In this document: positions 52,066 to 64,000 of the stretch, piece after piece
Position numbering within the stretch: the stretch's first letter is position 1
Layout: each line of letters opens with the position of its first letter
NCBI RefSeq assembly: GCF_018977255.1
Contig: NW_024704743.1
Coordinates: forward strand, 8,620,001-8,684,000
Direction: 5' to 3'
DNA from: Callorhinchus milii
Taxonomy: Eukaryota
Length of the DNA stretch: 64,000 nt
Notes under the pieces: model-generated
Told to the model about the DNA's origin: nothing
Database searches by the model: none
What the model saw: only the letters and a program-made list of their open reading frames with translations
Program-made: the position numbers and the translations under genes

Positions 52066-53660
52066 CTGGAATTATTAAACAAAACTCAATCTCTAAAGAT
52101 TGTTTCCAAAGAGGCAAGATCCACAATATTAAAGCTCAATCAACAATTACTATTACGCACAGAAGTACAGTTTGGCCCTTTGAGACGAGTCTAACATACA
52201 GCAGAACCTGGGTAACCCACCATAGCCCAGGAAGGAATAAGACACACTGGACCAGTCTCCTGCAGTAGAGCCACAGGTAGACGATATCAGTTATCTATAA
52301 TGATTCCCTCCATCAAGGAAAAATGCTACCATTTGCACTCTGAAGAAGTACATTTGAACTGTAGAGTCCACTGAAGCATTTTATTCAGCAACACATTTAC
52401 AACATATTACTGGTTATAACCAGAACAAAGCAATCTTTTTAGAGAAAAAAATAATTCCCAAGAGCACTTAGAATCGATATTAACGCTATAAATAGTTTAT
52501 AAACTGAATTGTGAAGTTAACTCAAATTTCTCAGAACATCCACTGAAAAAACAAAATCCAAGGTATTTGGGGAGTCAAAGTTTTAATCTATAAAAAAGTA
52601 AAATCATTCTTATAAGTAAATTGGGTTCCAATATGTAATAAAAATGGGTTCCTAACCTAACAAAGGAAAATAGTTCATTACCAATAAAATGTCCACAATT
52701 TTCTGAAATATCACTGTCAAGAATCCACTGAGTAAAAGGGTTTGGTAGTAAAAGGGGAGGGGGAAAATTCTGAATCCTCATTTGGGCAAAAGGCTGCATG
52801 GTAGGGATAGATTTTTAGATATAATCATGATGATTGGGATACAGATGCAACTTCCAGTCATTCAAAAGCAGCTGTTAAAGAACTTTAAAACTCATTTACA
52901 CAAGGTAACATTGATTTTTGTTTATTCTCCCATGCTGAAGGCACTGATCCATTGTGATATATAGTTCAAAAGGCAGGAGCCTTTATTGGTGTTAGTGACC
53001 TTTGATACATGAACCAAGACACCCCAATTAATGGTGGTCAACATAACCAAGTCCAACCTATTTTCAGCCCACATGAACTTTCCAGTGGCAACTGGATGAC
53101 AAACAAGAACCCTCGGTGATTTGTATTAACCAACCATTTTGAGACATTGGAGGATCCAAAGTTTGGCTGGTCAGAGATCAGGTAATTCAGTACAGACTGT
53201 TGTAGCTTGCAGCAGAGTTTCTACCCTTGGTCATTATCCAGCAACCCATTTTACAATAAGGACAGGAGTAGCTTGTTTATTTCAGTAGGTGAAATAGCCT
53301 ACCTAAATATATTATCAAGGATCACACGTGGAGAAGCAACTCGGGCAAAACAGCAGGAGAGGAAGGAAGGGCAAAATTAGTTTCTTAAATTTCTTCATTC
53401 CTCTCGCATAAATATCCTTTTGAATTAGATTAGTGCCCAATTCAGAGCCTGGGCTCCAAAGCAATGTGCAATTAAGTACTACCTTTATCTGAATTCAAAT
53501 AATACCTTTATATGAATTCAATAAAGGTTGCACAAGTCAAAGAAGTGTTCCAATATACTCAATCCTTTTAATAGCTTGAAATAGTCTAAAGTTAGGCTGT
53601 ACTTTTTCCCCTCCCAAAAAGATTTCTGAATTCAGTGACTCATTTAAATAGCAAACTTAC

Positions 53661-53819
53661 ATAGTAATCACTCATTGTGTAAAGACCCTGAGTATTGAGG
53701 TGACACCTTCCATCATTTGGCAGAACAATACCACCCAGTTTTCCATCTCCAGCAAAATGAAATCCAGCATCAGTTGAGAACACAAGCAGTCTGGTGACAT
53801 TCCGCCAGCCTATTTTTTC
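53661..53819 (-). CDS. ITGB1: ITGB1 exon 7 equivalent (beta-I domain)
   Basis: 159 nt with [57 protein letters not shown]. Not in the ORF track; read manually. Confidence 0.97.
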
Positions 53820-54235
53820 CTGTTTAAAAAAATAAATGATGCAACTATATCTGCAAATTTGGAGACACCAAATTTTACTAGGGTAAAGAGAAACATAAAG
53901 ATGCTAGCAAAATTCAGGCAGACCATTTCTTCTTAAACTTCTTAGCTATAGATTTTTGAAGGCATGCCAAGCAAGATAGGAAGTTAGCGCCAACAAAACA
54001 ATCCGGTTTCAAAATAAAATGTTATACCAGTTAATAACTTTTTCTTCAGTATTTAAAATAAACTATCCTTTGTAAAGAATCATTCACCTACAAAATGTAG
54101 AGAACATAAGAAATGCTAGTTGAAAAAAGACTCAGGTAGTTCTAGGTCACCTTCCTGGCGGTCACATGCACATATATCCCGATCTACCTATGTACTATAT
54201 CCCATAATATTATATCCTAAAAAAAACTGTCTAAT

Positions 54236-54605
54236 CTCACCTTCAAAGCCCTCCATGGTCTTGCTCCCCCCAACCTCTGTGACCTCCTAACCTCCTACCA
54301 TCCTGCTCGCTTCCTCTGCTTAATGGGCTCCGGCCTGCTTCACGTCTCCTGCCTTGCTTGCCCCACTATTGGGGGCGGGCCTTCTGCCACTCTGCCCCCA
54401 ATCTTGTGATACTCCATCCCACAGTCCCTCCGCCTCGCCCCTTTCAAGACCCTCCTCTTCGACCGTGCTTTCAATGTGTCTGGTTCCCCCCGACCTCCAC
54501 CCTCCCCGACCCCAATTGCCAGCTCGGGTCTGAAACTCTGTCTGTCCAGCGCCTTGGGACATCCTCTTGACGTGTAAGGTGCTATACAAATGTAATTTTG
54601 TTGTT
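54236..54605 (+). mobile_element. L2 LINE 3' fragment (intronic, antisense to ITGB1)
   Basis: Colinear with 673-1058, including the tail gcgccttgggacatcc...tgctatacaaatgtaattttgttgtt. Confidence 0.85.
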
Positions 54606-54923
54606 GGCTTCAACCGTCTCCCTAGGGAGCCTGTTCCACAGGTTCACTAGTCGCTCACTGAAATGGTATTTGCATACATTTGTTCTGAATTTACCCCCTT
54701 CAATCGCAAGCCATGTCCTCTGGTTTTACTATTCTGGACAAGTTGAAACAGCCTGTCATGATCTATATTGTCTAGCCCCTTTAGAATCTTAAAAATATGA
54801 GTTATCACATACTACAGTAAATGCTGTGAAGCACTGTGAGGTATCTCAACAATGTGATAAAAGCACTATATTACATGCGAGGATTGTTATTTAAAAGCAT
54901 TTCTGTTAATGTATTTCACTTAC

Positions 54924-55162
54924 CCCACAGACAGCAACCTGCATTATGGCGTCAAAACCGCCTTCCGGAGAGTCAAGATTTCCAGAAATGGTCTGATTGC
55001 TGACAAGATCATTAAACATCGAACTATCATTGGTCAACGGCAGCACATTTTTGTAGCTGAATGGGCTTGTACATTCTTCCCCATTTGTGCAGGGATTTTT
55101 CCGTTTGGCTGGAGTTGTGCTGATATATGGCATCACAGTCTTATCCACAAAAGAACCAAATC
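54924..55162 (-). CDS. ITGB1: ITGB1 exon 6 equivalent (beta-I domain)
   Basis: 239 nt with [24 protein letters not shown]...[22 protein letters not shown]. Confidence 0.97.
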
Positions 55163-55249
55163 CTAAATAGGAGCAGGTTTGTCAAAGAATGAAATATCAT
55201 GGTGGAAATGTCAGGATATTAAATTTAATGCAAAAAAAAAGAACTTTAC

Positions 55250-55420
55250 CAATGCGAAAATCTGAAGTAATCTTCTGCATTTCATTCTTCAATTCAGTTC
55301 CCAATCTCTTTACATTTTCCAAATCATCTTTCATAGAAAAGGAAAGGTCCATAAGGTAGTAGAGATCAATGGGATAGTCTTCAGCTCTTTTGAAATACAG
55401 TGGGAAGGTCTGAGGTTCTC
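55250..55420 (-). CDS. ITGB1: ITGB1 exon 5 equivalent (beta-I domain, MIDAS DxSxS)
   Basis: 171 nt with [42 protein letters not shown]...SDFRI(G). Confidence 0.97.
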
Positions 55421-56209
55421 CTGAGGAAATAAAATATCCCCAAAGAACAATTAAAAAATGCAGAGGCATCTACAAAATGTAGTTTGACATTCTATTGTCA
55501 TGGAATGTATTAGGTAGAAGTTAGCCATTTGGACAGTCTTGTCCACACGAGCTCTCTGCAAAAGCTACCCCATTTATTTTACTTTCCCCCATACCATTTA
55601 ACGTTTCTCTTTTTCAAATAATTGTCTAATCCACTTTTTAAAACCATTATGGATTCTGCCTCAACTTTTGAGTGTGTGTGGCAGAGGTCCATCCTTCAGA
55701 TGAGACAAACATCTCTGTTCAGGTGGACATCAATGATTCCACTATAGTATATTCAAGAGGTAACTAAGTGGTCTTGAGAAAGAGGGATTGGCAGATTATG
55801 GTGAAAGAGCACATGTTGCAATTGTGTTCAATGTAAAGAGGCAGTTTGGGTCCCATGTAATTTTCCAGTCCTCATGCTTACCTTTATAAAAAATATTTGG
55901 ATAAATTGGTGGTATGGAATAGAACTGACAAAATGAGTAGTCACAAGCTAAACATGATGGCTCCTGAAATGTCGGGACCATAAAATTATACACCAAGCAA
56001 GGCAACTGAGCAACAACATTGTTTCATATACATGTATAATAAACTATTTCTATACAGCGAGACCCCATAAGTGGTTTGGGTTAAAAAAAAATGCTGTGTT
56101 AAAATGGGACTAAAGCACTGGTGACCCAATCTCTTGGAAACTAAGCCTCTATTCCAAGTATATCACTTTCTACATTAGTTTCTGATCCAGAACCACAAAT
56201 TTATACAGA

Positions 56210-56520
56210 ATAATAATAATCCTTGGATATGATATAGCGCTTTTCACGTCTTCTAGACGTTTGAAAGCGCTTCACAGAATATGCTGTAAAGTGAATTGAC
56301 CGTGTATTTGTGGGTGAAACGCTGCAGTCAATTGCGCACAGCAGTGTCCCACAAACAGTCGTGGATTGAAAATGACCAATTTATCATTGTTTTGTTTTGG
56401 AGGGATTATTATTAGGCGTGTGGAGTAAGGAAACTTGCCCAAGGTTTCACCCTGCCTGGAATTAAACCCAGGTGTCTCGCTTGCAAGGCAAGTGCTCTAA
56501 CCACTGAGCTACAGGACTCC
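56210..56520 (-). mobile_element. Young tRNA-Ala-derived SINE, full length, ~67 nt downstream of the exon 4 donor
   Basis: Same family as 44737-45056. Flanked by ACAGAA direct repeats (56205-56210 and 56521-56526), a probable target-site duplication. Confidence 0.9.
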
Positions 56521-56587
56521 ACAGAAGTAAAAGATTCTGCTGCAAAGATCTATAAAAACAGACCATCCAGATTTGCAGTTGAATTAC

Positions 56588-56804
56588 CTGATCGCAATTC
56601 CAGTGTGAGCTTCTGGGGTCGAATTTGAGTAATATCTTCCAACCTGACCTTTCCTCCACTTGTACGACCAGTCAGATTTTTATTAGCATCTACTTTTTGT
56701 GAGCCTTTAGGATTTTCGATGGCATCCTTTTTGCATCCTCGCTTTACTAACGATTCTATATCATCACATCGTGCTGAATTTGGTTCTCCCTGTTGCAAAA
56801 AGTC
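56588..56804 (-). CDS. ITGB1: ITGB1 exon 4 equivalent (PSI/hybrid)
   Basis: 217 nt, tgtag/.../gtaatt, phase 0 to 1. [24 protein letters not shown]...[13 protein letters not shown](G). Confidence 0.96.
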
Positions 56805-57829
56805 CTACAAAAAGGAAGATAAATTCACAATTGACAGATTAAAAGTAGATGAATCTCTTAGAACTGTAGACCTTTACAAGCCTTCACTACCATCGATTTT
56901 CTAAAGCTCCCTGCGACACACACTCATGTTGTGCATGCGTTTGACCGTATAAGCAAAGAATTAGATATCCTGCGCATTTGCACTTCCACTAAATTAAATA
57001 CCCTTAATATTAAAACACAATATACAGTACTTAAGCAATAAATTAAGGCCTACATGTAAATAAACTCTGGCTTTAAAACCTATTTACTTTTTCTGTCTTG
57101 CAAGCTGAAACCTCATAGGCATGTATTATGTGCCAGTAAAACTGAAACAGTTAACTCATTTGCCAATCTTCACTTACTGAAAAATTCTGCTCGTAAAATA
57201 GAATCATAGTACTTTACAGTACAGAAGGCCATTTGATCGATTATGTCAAGAGAGCAATCCATTCAATGCCTTTCCCCCATATGCTTTCTCATTTAACAAT
57301 TATAATGCAGAAGACTTATCCAAATCTAGTAATTAGGCTTATCATAGCAGGAAAGAATAGTTACTAAGATACAGAAAAAGAATGGTCACTTGTGCAAGTT
57401 ACTAAGATAGGTAGTGCATGTAGGATTGTTCCGTTACTAGTCAGAAGCTTCGAGAGAAGAGGGGAAACAAGAACACCTGCTAATCATAAAGTAAGTGAGG
57501 TCATATTGTTTTTCCAAATGGATTGAAATTAGAAAACATTACAACTCCAAATGTTTAATAATAGCTTCTCTTTTACCTCTCTTGACTTTTTTTATCCAGC
57601 AAAAACATGTTGCTGTTTGAAAGAAAAAAAACTCCTAAGAAACTTGATACTGAAATTAAAGAAAACGTACAGGATAATACAATTTTCAGTTCCAGTAAAG
57701 AACTGCCTTCCAGCTATTTTTCCCGGAAGAAACTCACCCATAATGTACCATTACATACAGATATGAAATGTTTTTTTATCAATAACGTTTAGACAAAAGA
57801 AACAAATCACAATGAATGCATGAACTTAC

Positions 57830-57915
57830 CAATGTTGTGCACCATCCACAATTCCTACCAGATTGTATACATTCCCCGCATGATTTTGCATTGGCTTTTA
57901 AACACTCACTGATAT
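57830..57915 (-). CDS. ITGB1: Integrin beta-1 coding exon (human exon 3 equivalent), start of PSI domain
   Basis: 86 nt, tttcag/.../gtaag. Translates (D)[28 protein letters not shown], matching the integrin beta-1 N-terminus. Confidence 0.96.
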
Positions 57916-58969
57916 CTGAAATATGAAAAGGCAAATTGAGACCATAAAAATTGTATCACCATTCACACCAATTCAAGTGGTAACAATATTGAAGTATCTA
58001 CCAAAAAAATTAAATTTCAGATTGCTTGTGTAAACCTGATTAAATCCATGTGTCCTTTGGCTAGCTAAAACTGAATACAACTCTGAATTTATACAAATTA
58101 TAATTAATTTTTCTTCAAAGTGTTGATGAAACGTTTTACTTTTGTATGCCTGCAGAATAACTGCCCTTTCATGCTCCCTTTGAAAACTCATGCAATAAAT
58201 ATGAACCTTATTTATAGAATGGAATGGTAAAACACCCTTTGAAGAATTTTACATCATGCACAGATATCTTAGTAAGGTGACCTTAACATTCTGAAAGTCA
58301 GTCTGAACTTTACATTTAGTTTTTTTTGATCAGACATGGTATCAATACCTGACATATAGAGCTGAAGAGCTCCAGGTGCAACCTTTGCATACGACAATTG
58401 ACTAGTTAAGTCATATTTCCCTCAATTTCAGTTTAGTATTGTATTGTCTTGCCCTTCTTTGTGGGGAGAGTAAAGCTGCAATAGTATGATTTGATTTTGT
58501 ACCTCATCACACTGTTGAGACATCTAAAGTGCTTCACAGAATTTAATGTGAAGTGCAATGTCAGCCAATTTACACACAGCAATGTCCCACAAGCCATGAA
58601 GTGAATGATATTGTTTCCATACTAAACTACTTTGGTAAACATTGCACAATTTGATTGTGAAACAATGATGCCACAGGAATCCCTGTACTTTTTCTTTAAT
58701 TTCAGTATCAAGTTTCTTAGGAGTTTTTTTTTCATTCAAACAAAGGAAAAGGTACATTATGTTACAGCATAATATCCACAATTACATATGTGGAAAATCT
58801 TACCTTAATGGAAAGATTAGTTAATAGTGCTAGAGAAATGACTACTTGAAAATGATATTGCAGATTCTAGGCTTGAAAAAATGTTGATTCTGGATATCCA
58901 CAATTACATTACAGTATGCTAATTCTGGCTATCCCCAATAAAGTGCTTGGGAATGTTACCTCTTAGACT

Positions 58970-59205
58970 AGAATCATAGAACCTTACAGGACAGAAGGAG
59001 GCCATTCGGCCCATCGTGCCTGTGCCGGTTCTTTGGAAGAGCTACCCAATCAGTCCCATTTCCCCCTTTTTCCCCATACTCTTGCAATTTTTTCCTTTTC
59101 AAGTACCTATCTAATTCCTTTTTGAATGTTGTTATTGAATTTGTTTCCACTACCCTTTCAGGCAGTGCATTCCAGACCGTAACAACTCTCTGTGTAAAAA
59201 AAAGT
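58970..59205 (-). mobile_element. CR1 3' fragment
   Basis: FFTQRVVTVWNALPERVVE... plus tail gaatggcctccttctgtcctgtaaggttctatgattcta. Confidence 0.85.
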
Positions 59206-59324
59206 TCTAGTAGCAACCCAAAGTACTGACAAAACAATCCCAACGGAAGGAATTGAATGAGGACCCCAGTATTTCTCTGGGGTTGAACAAGCTCCAAAGA
59301 GACATGCCTAGAAAAGCCACACAG

Positions 59325-59943
59325 AGCAACATTACCAGACTCCGCCACTGCCTCACCTTGAAAGGCTGCCGAAACCACACATTTGTAACATCAAGGTTCG
59401 ATTATGGAAACTCCCTCCCCATCGGCCTTCCCAACTCTTCTCTTTACAAGCTGCAGATCATCCCAGACTCTGCAGTTCGTGCACCAGGCTCTATGACCCC
59501 ATTACTCCCACCCTCGCCCGACTCCACTGGCTCCCCATCCCTCAGAGGATTGAATTCAAGACCCGCGTCCTCACTTTCAAGGCCATCCATGCCCTTGCCC
59601 CCTCCTACTTCTCTGGCCTGCTGACTCCCTACCAACCACCCGCTCCCTCCACTCAGCAGGCTCCGATCTGCTCCATGATTCCCGCCCCACCTACCATCGA
59701 TGGCTAGACTTTCAGCCTCTCCGCCCCCACAATCTGGAACTCCATCCCACAGTCTCTTCGCCTCGCTTCCTCCCTTGCCTCCTTCAAGACCGGTCTCAAG
59801 ACCCTCCTCTTCGATTGTGCCTTCAGTCACCCTCCCACCTCTCTGCCTTCTCTCAGCCCTACTTCACCCTTCCCCCATGCTCGAGTCCTGACCCCTGACT
59901 GTCCAGCGCCTTAGGACGTTTATAAATGTAATTTTGTTGTTGT
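59325..59943 (+). mobile_element. L2 LINE 3' fragment (intronic)
   Basis: NITRLRHCL, FVTSRFDYGNSL; colinear with 21525-22233. Confidence 0.85.
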
Positions 59944-61902
59944 AGTATTCGAAGGCGTCACATACTCCAAGGCAGGGTTGATTGTTACTTAACCTTTTGT
60001 TTATCAATGACATGTATAAGCACGTCCTCAACCCTTCAAGCTGAAAGCCTCAAAGAGTAGGAGGGAATGGAAGGACTGGACTATGAGGAGTGACTAAGTA
60101 AGTTGGGCAGGTTCACTCTGGAAAAAAAATTGAGAGGCGACATGCTTGCCAACTGCCAGGAAGGTAGAAGGGGAACTAGATGCACTTTTTTGGTGGAGGG
60201 CGCTATATAACTCCAAGTTGTTTTTATTGTTTTCGTCTTGCATTTCTTATGTAGGGAGGTTTTGTTAAACAAGTACTGTGCTGTACAGTTATAGGTAAAT
60301 TAATGTTTTTAAGGAAGATTTAAAATCTGTTAAATACTTCAGAAAAAGCTTTGTTAGTTGAAAGGAGTTACCTAATTGAGCAAGTCCATGCCATGTCCAG
60401 CAGCAGATCAGCACCGTACTTAAGATGTGCTTCAAATGCATCTGAAAAATAGGATTAAAAAAATCAATAAAAAGTTATGAAATGCAAAATTGATCTTGTT
60501 GAAGCACATCACATTCCAACTCTAGAAACAGGTACCAGGTTTCAATAAAGTACCACTCTTACCTGAGTTTTTTCACAAAGATCATCTATGGGGGTAGAGA
60601 TCATAAAACAGATTTTTTTAAAAAAACAAAAAACACTTATAATAAAAAAAATACATAAACTGCAACCATGGTCACCTCAAAATGATGGTACATAGAAACA
60701 ACGGCGGATTGTTTGTCACTTTCAAAAACTCAAAACATTTCCCACTCACTCCAAATAAATGATTTTGTAGTACTATTAAACAGCCACTGAGCTTGATTTT
60801 CTCCCGACTGCCAAGAGATGGTGAAATCTTAAGATCAATGTTATTCATGTTGAGTAAAGCCACGTTAAGTAAAATTATTATATTAAAATGACAATCCACC
60901 TATCATATTTTGACAAATTCGAAAAAATGGGGAGGGAGGAAACCACAAAGGGCAGTTTCCTATAGAACAGGAAAAGCCAAGAGATCATTTGCTGTAGACT
61001 AAGTTTGTAGGGTGAATAACGTTTGCAGTTAATTTGCATCAAGATTTAAGATCTTCCCACAACAATTGGTGCTTCATCTGAAGCACTGAAAGTATTCAAA
61101 TGAAAATTTTATTCTACAGCGTGTTGATGATCTACTGAAAGTTCCCACCCTAGACTTCAGTCATGTCAAAACTACAGAAACAAAGGCTCATCTGACTCTT
61201 TCTCTCAAGCTGAAACCTCTGTGTATTGTGTATAGATGGATCTCTCCCAACCCCACCACACACATTGTCCTGTTAGCAGTAAGTAGGAACCTGGTTGTTG
61301 GTCAATTGGCAGATCGCTTTTCCAGGGCTAATAATCTCTCCAAAAAAGAATAATAGTCACTCAATTCACGACTGTTTGTGGGTCACTGCTATGAGCGATT
61401 GTCTGTCGCGTTTCTTCCACAAAAACAGTCTCTACACTTTATAGTATCGCCTGTGAAGCGCTTTGAGGCATCCCGAAGATGTGATAAGGTCCTATATCAA
61501 ATGCAAGGATTATTATTATCATTTATTGTTAAAAGCAGTGAATACATTTCCTAACCTGCATACCTCTAGCCAAAAATTTCCTTAGCAAATTATGGCATTT
61601 ATATTCAACAAATTTACCCAGATGTAATCCCACGCTGCCTATAATAAGTAAAGATAGGGAATCTGAAAATGTGAAGAAACAACAAGATTCTATTCCAATT
61701 AAGTAATTTCTATCATGTTACTTGACAAATGACCAGTCCACCTCATCTTTTAAATGAACAATTTCAGTCACAAGCAAGAACAGTTTAGTGACATAACTTC
61801 TTGGTCAGCCGAGTGTCTGACACATTCGGAAAACTGAGAATTCCATGTATCCCATCTACACATCGAAATTCCAGAGATAGGTTGATGGAATGTGCATTTT
61901 GT

Positions 61903-62085
61903 GGAGTCCTGTAGCTCAGTGGTTAGAGCACTCGCTTTGCAAGTGAGAGACCTGAGTTCAATTGGCTGCCGCGTTCGCCCACAAATATATAGTCAATTCA
62001 CTTTACAGTATATTCTGTGAAGCGCTTTGGGATGTCTAGAAGACGTGAAAAGCGCTATATCAAATGCAAGGATTATTATTATTAT
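61903..62085 (+). mobile_element. tRNA-Ala-family SINE with large internal deletion, inserted in an older element
   Basis: Intact head joined at caatt directly to ggctgccgcgttcgcc and the tail. Confidence 0.85.
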
Positions 62086-63777
62086 TCTCTCTTTGGTGGG
62101 AACCATCCAAGTGTGCATTGGGGCCCTCTGGGAGTCTAACCAGCTAAAACCGCAAGGCTTGCCATTGATATCACTGTCTCGCAAGCTTTCCCGCTGCTTG
62201 TTCAGCTAGGGCCACCCGATCCGTTAGGGCTTTGGCTTCCAGGGTTAAAGAGAGCTGAATGGGATGATTCCTTGCCTCCAGTGACTGGTTTGCCCTTCTA
62301 AGTCCTGCCAATGAGCTGGGCCAATAGAAAAATGAGGTCCCATCTTTTCCGCAACAAAGACCCACGCCTGCTACAAACCCCCCATAAATGCAGCTTCTGG
62401 CCGTGGGCCGCTCGCGCTCTTTACCCGAGGTCACTGCGGGAGGAGACTCTCTGGGTCTCTGAGTGTGTTTGTCTCTAACTAACCAAATCCTGCATTTATG
62501 GAAATTTGCAGTTTAACAATTCACTTTGGTGTTCTTTTGTAGCAGAGAGAATATGAACCTGTAGTTACAATACTAAAAGCTCCAAATTAAGTTTATTTTT
62601 GAAATAATTGGCCCCTTTACAGAGCTTTATAAAAAAAACGGACTGGCTGTAATCAGCAATCATTAAATAATGTGACTGTGAACTTTATTCAGTAAATACC
62701 ATACATGTAAAAATCTGAAGCGTAAGCCAAGGCAGAATATCTAAATTTCAAAATCATGCTAGTTTTAAAGTCTACAAAATACCCTAGTTATTGCCAATTA
62801 CAGCAAGTCCTTTTGAATATTAATATGTACTTTGCAGAACTCATAATAGCATGTAAAACCATTAATTTACAAAAAGGAAAAGAACCTAATGGAACATGGT
62901 TGTTTTATTGCAGTGTGAATTTAGACTTTAAGCAATTCCAATTAATAACCCAAGGCAATTTTCTCTTTTCTAAACACCATGCCTAAAGTGGAATGAGATC
63001 TTACAATATCTGGATACAGTATAGCATTTATCTGGGAATGCTTTCAAAACAGCTGTTCTGGTAGTGAGTCTGCACAACACTCCAGCATTTAATAATGAAT
63101 CTGTTGCCATATAAGGTCACTCACTTACAGGCTGTTTAAAGTGTTACAGCCTCCCCAACGCCCCAGGCAGCTTCCTTGAGCAAATAAGCAACATTATCCA
63201 ACAGCATCTTTCCCAAAATGGGACCTTGGTTTAACATGTCATCCGAAGAGTGGCACCTCTGACAATGCTTCCCCAACACTTGACTGGAGTGCCAGCCTAG
63301 ACTGTAGCTCAAAAGTTTCAATGTGGGGTTTGAAACCAGTTTGCAAATAGAACTCAAAAGAGAGTCATTTCTCACTAGAGTAAGAGACTTCAATTAAACC
63401 TCCGGGTGAAAACGGGACAGATGGAGAGGAAAGAGATGTAAAAAAAATCAATTACAACTCAGGTATTTGACAAAAACAATTATGGTCAGCAACAAACGCA
63501 ACATTGATGGACGACTAAAAACATTGGTAGTGGACTCTGCAAAAAGGTCTTGGAAATGTCCATGGCAATGACAAATTAATCTAAATATTCCAGAAATTAT
63601 CATTAGGCAAGAACATCATTCATATAGCAACCATTCTGTCAATCAGATCAGAACATTCAAGATGCTGGAACTTTGAGAGTTTTTATTATGGCAGAGATAA
63701 CATTACAACAAATTGCACTAGTGACGACAACATAATACTAAATAACTCTTTTTGAAAAGAGCAAACAAAGGACGATA

Positions 63778-63862
63778 CATAGAAACAGGAGTAGGCCATT
63801 CAGCCCCTCTAGCCTGCTCCACCATTTTATACGATCATTGCTGATCTGTACCTCAACTCCAT
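63778..63862 (-). mobile_element. CR1-type 3' tail (short truncated copy)
   Basis: Reverse complement resembles 12325-12413 (gatcagc.atgat...gaatggcctactcctg). Confidence 0.7.
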
Positions 63863-64000
63863 ACATAGTGCTTAGTCAGTGCCAAGCAATTTGCAATAGA
63901 TTTTCATTCTGCTGATGTCCTAAGTATAAAGACATACTATATTTGGATGCTATGTAAGGTTCTATGCACTTAAACCGAACACTCAATTTCTTTAAAACTC

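Noticed and set aside
58772..58909. 16-bp direct repeat atatccacaattacat about 120 bp apart
   Set aside because: Could be a TSD or small duplication, but the enclosed sequence has no recognisable element features.
61903..61962. tRNA-Ala gene (also at other SINE heads)
   Set aside because: The tRNA-like sequence runs straight into SINE body and lacks a proper acceptor stem and terminator.
57916..64000. ITGB1 signal-peptide exon and promoter
   Set aside because: No ATG-initiated hydrophobic phase-1 exon found. Candidates near 58800, 60675, 61564-61638 and 63130 have stops or no start. The GC-rich patch near 62200-62450 is retroelement sequence.

Overview
Eukaryotic (vertebrate) genomic DNA, not prokaryotic. 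The repeat content (CR1 and L2 LINEs, Deu-domain SINEs with L2-type tails) suggests a cartilaginous fish; this is an inference. The right 40% holds most of an integrin beta-1 gene (ITGB1) on the minus strand. I traced 14 constitutive coding exons (57915 down to 39449) with canonical AG/GT sites and continuous frame, plus the muscle-type beta1D alternative exon (42395-42472) and a ~1.1 kb 3' UTR. The signal-peptide exon was not found and probably lies beyond base 64000. The left ~38 kb looks intergenic and is packed with decayed retroelements: a long CR1, many L2 fragments, two SINE families, an unassigned poly(A)-tailed LINE-like family, a hAT-like MITE and a 40-bp minisatellite. I found no convincing new multi-gene system. 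The best oddities are: a SINE-mediated template-switch duplication that made a chimeric SINE; a beta1D tail with NPNF instead of NPNY; a ~60-bp inverted repeat flanking the first visible coding exon; a perfect 48-bp fold-back inside an L2; and a mosaic SINE family. Exon numbers follow human ITGB1 from memory, and repeat boundaries are approximate.
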